Assembly (NCBI GenBank): GCA_012295275.1
Contig: CM022675.1
Location: 7,378,001-7,442,000, forward strand
Length of the DNA: 64,000 nucleotides
Direction of reading: 5' to 3'
Source: Chrysomallon squamiferum
Taxonomy: Eukaryota; Animalia; Mollusca
Shown: one piece after another, positions 56,357 through 64,000 of the stretch
Layout: every line of letters begins with the position of its first letter
How positions within the stretch are numbered: the first letter of the stretch is position 1
The notes under the pieces: generated by a model
What the model was told of the DNA's origin: nothing
Databases searched by the model: none
Seen by the model: only the letters and a program-made list of their open reading frames with translations
Program-made: the position numbers and the translations under genes

Positions 56357-56538
56357 GTGAGTTTTGTGACGTCTTGGAAAAGTTTACAACAGAAACTGTG
56401 CTGGTTGTTTTTAATGAAAGGTCTTGGTTATGTGTTGTGCTCTGCTGGTGTGCTTAATGTGTATGCGCGCGCACGTGTGTGTGTGTGTGTGTGTCTCTGT
56501 GTGTGTGTGTGTGTCTCTGTGTGTGTCTCTGTGTCTCT

Positions 56539-56577
<39 letters not shown>

Positions 56578-57555
56578 TAAAGCTGGTTTTCTCTCTTATG
56601 TTTCATTATGCAATTAATTTTTATCTTTGATAACGGTTTTCATTTTATTTTGTTGAAGTTTGGTTTTAACAGTTAGCCAGTCTTTCTTTTTATTCTTCTT
56701 TTTCCATTTCTTAATTATTTTGTTTGTTCTTTCATTCATCATTGTTTATCTTTCGTAAATCCTTACTTCGTTTGTTAATTCTTTGTATCATACAAAGTCA
56801 TTTATTCATTTATTTATGCAGTTCTTTTTACAGTCATCTTTTTTCAATACTTTCAGCTTTCATTTGTTTATTCATTCATTTGTTGTTCCTGCATTCATGC
56901 AGTCATTTATCCTCCATGATCCCTACAGTCATTTTTTTTCTTTCAGTACTTCCTTCCTTCCTTTATTTAATTCATCCTTTCAGCCCTTCTACCACATCTT
57001 CTGTCAATTACTTATTTAATAAATATTTAATTAATGAAATCAATATTAATTCATATATTCATTTACTGATAGAGTAACTGATTCATTTAGTCACTAATTC
57101 ATTAAATGTTTAATTTATATTTCATTATGTTATGTTATACTATGTCATGTTATGTTACATTATATATATTTATTATATTATATAATATATATTACATTAT
57201 ATACTTAATGTTATGTTATGTTACATTATGTTAAGTTACGTTATGTTATGTTATATATATTATATAATATTATATTATAACATTTATTATGTTAGATTAC
57301 ATTACATTACATTATATATTTATTATATTATATTATATTATATTTATTATATATTTATTATTTTACATTACATTACATTATTTATTATATTATATTTATT
57401 ATATTATATTATATTATATATAATTATATTATATTATATTATATTTTATTACAATACATTATATTATTATATATTATATTATATTATATTTATGATATAT
57501 ATTATAACTTATATTTATTATATTACATTACATTACATTATGTTGTGTACAACAG

Positions 57556-57765
57556 GATGATTTCAGTCAGAGTGTGTGTGGTTATTCTCTGGCCGCTACA
57601 AGTCAACATTCCCCGTCCCCCGTCTCTGGGGTCATGTGTCCACCCGTCCTAATGGAAAGTCAGATCAACGCCATAGCCATCGCAGCAGAAAAACTTGCCA
57701 AAGAGTTGCCTCCCTTCGAGCCCAAAGAGCTCAATATGAAGAAGCAGATAAACAGAGACATACAG
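57556..57765 (+). CDS. NAB: NAB coding exon 4, linker and start of NCD2
   Basis: Acceptor aacag. DDFSQSVCGYSLAATSQHSPSPVSGVMCPPVLMESQINAIAIAAEKLAKELPPFEPKELNMKKQINRDIQ. Donor cag|gtagcc, phase 0-0. Confidence 0.88.
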
Positions 57766-57893
57766 GTAGCCATGGAAACAGAGTTGTGAAGTTTTGTGAA
57801 ACGTTAGCTTTTGTTAAGTTTGTGTTTGTTAATGAGGAGAATGTTTTGTTTAATATGTGTTTTTGTTTTATAAAGCAACACATTTTTGTCTGT

Positions 57894-57981
<88 letters not shown>

Positions 57982-58241
57982 TAATCATTAAATATATAAA
58001 TACATCTATAATATAGAGAGATAGGTAGTAAGTTAGAGAGTAGACTAACAGATATATATGGATATTAAATTAATTAATTTTTTTAAAAATATTTAAATGA
58101 TAACAGTGAAATGCAGGTTATCAAATTTTATTGTAAAGGGAGACAATTAAATCTTTTTACAAGTGAGGCAGAAAATACCTTTATTTATTTATTTATTTAT
58201 TTATTTATATATTTATTTATTTTATTTTATTTTTTTTTAAG

Positions 58242-58361
58242 AATGTAATGAGAATGAGTGATGACAATCCAAACAGACTTGAAGAATTGAGAAAATATGC
58301 AGCTATTTATGGTCGATTTGACTCAAAACGTAAAAATGATCGCCCAATGTCATTACATGAG
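58242..58361 (+). CDS. NAB: NAB coding exon 5, NCD2
   Basis: NVMRMSDDNPNRLEELRKYAAIYGRFDSKRKNDRPMSLHE contains the NCD2 signature RKY..IYGRFDSKR....LHE. AAG acceptor, donor gag|gtaggt. Confidence 0.96.
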
Positions 58362-58831
58362 GTAGGTGAAAATTATTAAAATAAAAAACAACAAATATGT
58401 AAACTAAAAAAAATAATTTATTGAAATTCTGAGTTTTTTTATCATTAAAAATAAAGTAATAGTTATGAAATTTAAGTTTTATTTATCTTTTTATTTCTTA
58501 ACATTTTGTTTTTATATTATATTATATTATGTTTTTTTATATTATATTACACAATTTTCATATTTTTTTATTATTATTTTTTTTTTGAAAAAACAAACAT
58601 TTTATGATTTCTACAAACTCGCTGAAAATAAAGTTACAAAATTAATAATAATAACACACACACACAAAAAAAATTCTTTTTGAATTTACATTGGGTTTTT
58701 TTGTGTTTTTTATTTACAAAATTTTGTTTTGGTCTTTTTAAAAAAAAAAAAAATTTGGAGTGACTTACATACACTTTAATATTTTAATTAATTATTTAAT
58801 TAATTTTTAAAATTCTTTTTTTTATGAAAAG

Positions 58832-58965
58832 ATTTCAGTAAATGAAGCTGCTGCCCAACTCTGTCGTCACATGCCAGCCTTAATCACACGCCGAGAAGAT
58901 TTATTTCCCTTGGCCAGACAAGTCGTCAAAGACAGTGGTTACCAGTATTCTAAAGGTCATTCAAG
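58832..58965 (+). CDS. NAB: NAB coding exon 6, end of NCD2
   Basis: ISVNEAAAQLCRHMPALITRREDLFPLARQVVKDSGYQYSKGHS(R) has the NEAAAQLC...RR..LF.LARQV signature. Donor ag|gtgagt, phase 0-2. Confidence 0.96.
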
Positions 58966-59441
58966 GTGAGTTGTGCACGATTTCTGATTTTAATTAATTA
59001 TCTCGGTAATTTGACACCAAATCAATTTTTTTTTTTTTTAAGGGTATTGATGGTTCCAGGCTCTCTTTTTGATTTATTAATTTGTAAATTAAGTTATTTG
59101 AATTTTTGTATTTTGTATCTGATTATTATTATAAATTATTTCTTATTTATTTATTTATGTTATTATTACTTTATTTATTTATTTATTTATTTATTATATC
59201 TTTAAATATGTTATTATTACTTTATTTATTCATTTATTTATTTATTTATTTATTTAATATAAACTGTTATTATTATTCATTTTATATATTTAAAAAAAAT
59301 TTAAATAATAGAATTATTATTATTTATATATTCTTATACTTAGTAATTAACGAACTGATTTATTTATTTTGTTATTTAATTTAATTTAATTTATTTATTA
59401 TTATTAATTTATTTCTATGTTATAATAACAAAACTCGCACA

Positions 59442-59475
<34 letters not shown>

Positions 59476-60180
59476 TACTATTTGTAATTCCTGGCAGAAA
59501 GATGGATGCATGAAACATTTTTTCTTTGCATGTTGGAGTAAAAAAAAAAAAAAAAATAAAAAAATTAATGTCTTCATTTATTTGTATGTGTGAGTGTATG
59601 TGTGTATGCATGAATGCTAACAAACTCTCCCCCCAAAATCTGAACTAGGTACAAACTAATTTTCATTTAAATTGTGGGGAGGGGGGAAATCTTATTCAGG
59701 CTTATACAAACAAACTGCATGATAGTTTCTTTCAATAAGATTAATTTTTAGGCATGTTTTTTATTTTGTAGGATAATTATTTCTATGCCTCTTTCAAAAT
59801 TACAAAATTTCAATTGTGAAGAAAAATAGCTTTATTAAATATGTATATACATATATCATTGACAGAGAGAGACAGAGAGAGAAAGAGAGAATATTAAAAA
59901 AGTATGTGTATAAAATAAAAATAAAATGTTTGCATGCTCCTGTTATTTTCTTTTTTCAATCACTAATAAAAAAAATATTTATTTATTTATTTATTTATTT
60001 TTTTTTTTTTTTTTCTTCACATAATTCTTATAAACTCAGTTTGAAAAATCTACTTTCATAAAATCATTTTAGAATATCTAGCTTCAATGTTTTTGTTAAT
60101 TTTCTTCTCTTTTTTTTTTATGATATTTTATTTTTTTCTAAATTCTTGAAACATTTCCACCATTTCTAAAACATTGATTT

Positions 60181-60216
<36 letters not shown>

Positions 60217-60770
60217 TAAGTAAACCTAAAAAAGAGTAGATTTATGGAAGCCATGAAATAATACAACAAACAAAATAATCTTTATTTTTTCTCTGTCTTT
60301 TTAACTACAAGATATTGGATTATAAAATTTAGAAAGAAAAAAAATAATAATGTATTCCTTCTTATTTATTTTTTTACTGCTTTGGGGATTATTTTTTTGC
60401 ATTTTACATTTATTTGTTGTTTTCTATACATTTGCAAATGTTGCATTTGATTTTAGTATTTTTTAAAAATTATTTTGAATTCAAGGACTTTTATTATATT
60501 TCTATGCAGTTGGATAAGATTAGAGTTATCCTTCTTTGTTACACAGAGTTAAAACCCCTGTCAGTCTATACTAAGCATGATGAAATATTCTTAACCACTA
60601 ATCTCAGTTCTTTTCACTAAAACTCCTAACAAAAAAAATCAAAATTGTTAAAATTATAAATATTATACACATATATAATCTTTAAATAGATAGTTACAAA
60701 AATAAAAATAAAATTGTTCTCTTTATTGTACCGTTTTTAAAATATTCCATAATTTTTTATTTTCTAACAG

Positions 60771-60800
60771 GGAATCGCAAACCAAAGACATTATTCACAG
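60771..60800 (+). CDS. NAB: Candidate 30-nt symmetric cassette exon of NAB
   Basis: Strong acceptor ttttttattttctaacag, donor cag|gtaaat, phase 2-2, stop-free: (R)ESQTKDIIH(R). Confidence 0.55.
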
Positions 60801-60939
60801 GTAAATAAATGTCAGTGCATGGCTTATATGTAAAAATGTCTATTGATGAATTTTGACATCAGGAAAATAGTTTTTTCTGTATAAATTCAAAATAATGCTT
60901 AGAGAGAAATGGGGTTTTAATTCTGGTTAATATTCTTAA

Positions 60940-60976
<37 letters not shown>

Positions 60977-61724
60977 TTAATTATTTTTTTAATTAATTTT
61001 TTTAAATTATTATTTTTATTATTAATATTTTTTTTATACTATTGTTTAAAATTATTATTGTTATTTTAAAAAAAAAAAAATATAATATATATCATTTATT
61101 TTGATAACATATCTACAGCACTATAAACAAAATTAATACCCTAAATACATCTTCTGTACTTAAAAATAAATAATTTATTTCATAGCATGCTATCTTTTCT
61201 GATAATAAAGTATGACAATTAAAATTACAAGAATAAAGAAGCTTAAATTTTAAATTTATTTATTTATTTATTTATTTGTTTATTTGTTTGTTTATTTATT
61301 TATTTGTTTATTTATTTGTTTGTTTATTTATTTACTTATATTTTGCAACCTGCTGTTTAAGACTTGCACACTAATACCTCTTGGATTGGGGATATTTTCT
61401 TTCAAATACTTTTATAATTTACTAAATGTCTTCAGAGTGAAAGAAAATATCATTTATTTCATTAATATTATCACAAGTTAGTTTTTATTCTTTATTGTCA
61501 GCAAAGATTTGTTGCTTGCAAAATAATAAAACCGCATAGCAAATACAATTTAAGATTTGAATAAATGAACCAGGCATTTTATATACTTCCAAATTTAGTG
61601 ATTTAGTGATTTAGCAACAATTAAGATGACAATGAAGATGATGCAGTTGATAATCATCATAATAAATAAATAAATAAAAATAATAAATAAATAAAAATTA
61701 TAAATAAATAAATAATAATAAATA

Positions 61725-61770
<46 letters not shown>

Positions 61771-62133
61771 CAAAATGATTAGTTGTTTCGGATTTTGTAG
61801 ATTTAAGGAAAGTAACTCTGATAGGGGAGATAATTATATTAAAAGGAAATATATTCACAAACACTTTTAAAAAAAACCCAACGATTGTTATTTAAGGCAT
61901 AGAGTGAAAACAACATTTTAATCTTCATCATATGGAGGACAAAGTTACTAAAATGTCTCTAAATGATGTAAACTTGGTGTTTCTAAATGAAAATTAGCAT
62001 CAGGAAAACATCCTCATTCTAGTTGTTATTAAATCCGATTATGTCCTGTTTAAAGAAAACGTATATGCATGATAATAATTTTACCTTACTCTACTGTTCA
62101 TACATATTTAATGCAAATAGTACATGGGATAGC

Positions 62134-62171
<38 letters not shown>

Positions 62172-62186
62172 ATATATATTGATATA

Positions 62187-62247
<61 letters not shown>

Positions 62248-62772
62248 GTGCATATATATTTTAGTTGCTCTATCACTCCATGAGTTTTACATAAGAATAT
62301 TTTATTACAAATGGTATGTGGGATAGACATATTAATTATAATATATGATAATTACTTTGACCTGTTGTTCTATAGCTTATATGTATATTTATTATGTTAT
62401 GAATGATAGATACATTACATATTATACTGGCTAGAAATATTAATTATGTGTATGATAATTATTTTGACTTCATTCTACTGGTCACATGAATGGTATACTG
62501 AATTATATATATATATATATATTATATTAAGTTGATATCTCACTGTATGGGTTGTACATGGGTTTTGAATAATAGAGATATATATTATATGTGGATATCA
62601 GAGATATTAACTGTACACATGATAATAATTACTTTGAATAGGCTCCACTAACGTTACATATCTGGTCAGAATAGTGTATAGAATTATAAAATACAATATT
62701 TAGAAGTGTTATGTATGATATTTACTTTGACCTCGCTCTATCGGTCATGCATGTCTGATATTACCTGTCCAG

Positions 62773-62887
62773 GGCGGCAGACATGGTTGTTTCATCAAAG
62801 AAACCTCGACTTGATCCTGTTTTCCAGAGAAACTTTGACGCCTACCGGAAACCAGTGAAGCCTGACATAGATCGGACGCACGCCAAG
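62773..62887 (+). CDS. NAB: NAB post-NCD2 exon with basic NLS-like motif
   Basis: Acceptor cctgtccag. Phase-2 entry matches exon 6 and gives (R)AADMVVSSKKPRLDPVFQRNFDAYRKPVKPDIDRTHAK. Donor aag|gtgaga, phase 0. Confidence 0.8.
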
Positions 62888-63669
62888 GTGAGACACACAG
62901 ACAGACAGACAGACAGACAGACATACATACAGACACAGAGACATACAGACACAAAACAAGCATAGAAACAGATACAGAAATGTGTGTATATAAGCATATA
63001 TATAGCATGACAGTTAAACCCTCTACTCACACACAGACACACACACACAGACAAACACAGACATTAAAATACATACAAATGTATTTCTGACATACATGTG
63101 TCATACATTTATATAATATATAAAAAACAATGTTAAAATGACAACGCACATACATAGAATGCAAAAAATACTTAGCAATGTATGTGGATACAGGCATTTC
63201 AGTGGTTTGACAAGTATGCTTAAACAGAGGTAAATATTATTTTTGTTTTAAATTATATTTGCTGGTTTGCATTGGTTTTTATAAACAAATAACTTACTAA
63301 TTTAATTTTGTTAGTTTAGTCAAGCAGAAATTCTTTTACAAAATTGGTCTTTATAAAAGAAAACAGACTAAAGGGAAATAACTTCTTGCTCTATTAATTA
63401 GATTTGTTAGCATCCATACTAATGTCTTTATTATTATTATTGTTACTGTTACTGCTACTACTAATATGACTATTACTATTACAGTTATTATGATTATTAT
63501 TGTTACTATTGCCATTATTATTACTACAATTACTATTATCATTATTATTATTATTATTTCAGTTATTATTATTGTTTTTGTTTTTTTTAAATTATTATTA
63601 TTGTTCTTATTTGTTTATTTATTTATTATTATTATTACTCCTACTGACATATTATTATTATTATTATTA

Positions 63670-63716
<47 letters not shown>

Positions 63717-63763
63717 ATTATTATTATTATTATTATTATTATTACTACTACTACTACTACTGA

Positions 63764-63808
<45 letters not shown>

Positions 63809-63872
63809 TTCTACTACTGATATTATTATTATCATCATCATCATTATCATCATTATTATTATTATCATCCAG

Positions 63873-64000
63873 GAAAGAATCACAGCTATCAATCACCATA
63901 TAACACAACTGAAGTACAGAGAAGAAGATATAAAAATACAGATAAACGTAGCCAGAAAAGCAGAAGACAAAGGCCTGATCTCCAGTTTACAGTCACAGCT
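63873..64000 (+). CDS. NAB: NAB C-terminal exon (partial, runs off window), predicted coiled coil
   Basis: Acceptor atcatccag. Phase-0 frame is open to the window end: ERITAINHHITQLKYREEDIKIQINVARKAEDKGLISSLQSQ. Confidence 0.7.

Noticed and set aside
55856-56360. Poly-Cys, poly-Val, poly-Leu and poly-Asn ORFs
   Set aside because: (GTT)n/(ATT)n repeat translations. Only the frame spliced at 56115 is consistent with NAB.

Overview
AT-rich, microsatellite-dense eukaryotic (animal) genomic DNA. The repeat style and a SINE-like fragment suggest a mollusc, possibly a cephalopod, but this is inference only. Almost all ORFs in the supplied track are translations of simple repeats. Two real spliced genes can be read on the + strand. 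(1) The last three coding exons of the 26S proteasome lid subunit PSMD3/Rpn3 (3747-5600). (2) A NAB (NGFI-A/EGR-binding corepressor) gene whose coding exons run from 46455 past the window end, with NCD1, NCD2, a candidate 30-nt cassette exon and a predicted coiled-coil tail; all splice phases are consistent. Between them is a roughly 9-kb CpG-retaining domain (about 9.3-18.5 kb) with CRE, ETS-CRE, MEF2, AP-1, CArG and EGR-like motifs. It ends in a probable non-coding first exon of NAB, implying a ~28.5-kb first intron and a second, proximal promoter. Other notable structure includes an inverted copy of the PSMD3 last-intron 3' end placed downstream of the gene, decayed duplicates of a PSMD3 acceptor, a 1-nt frameshift in the PSMD3 C-terminus, MITE/foldback elements, and many minisatellites, one possibly derived from a tRNA/SINE A-box. 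I found no CRISPR array, rRNA, intact tRNA or transposase ORF, and no demonstrably new biological system. The findings are hypotheses to test.
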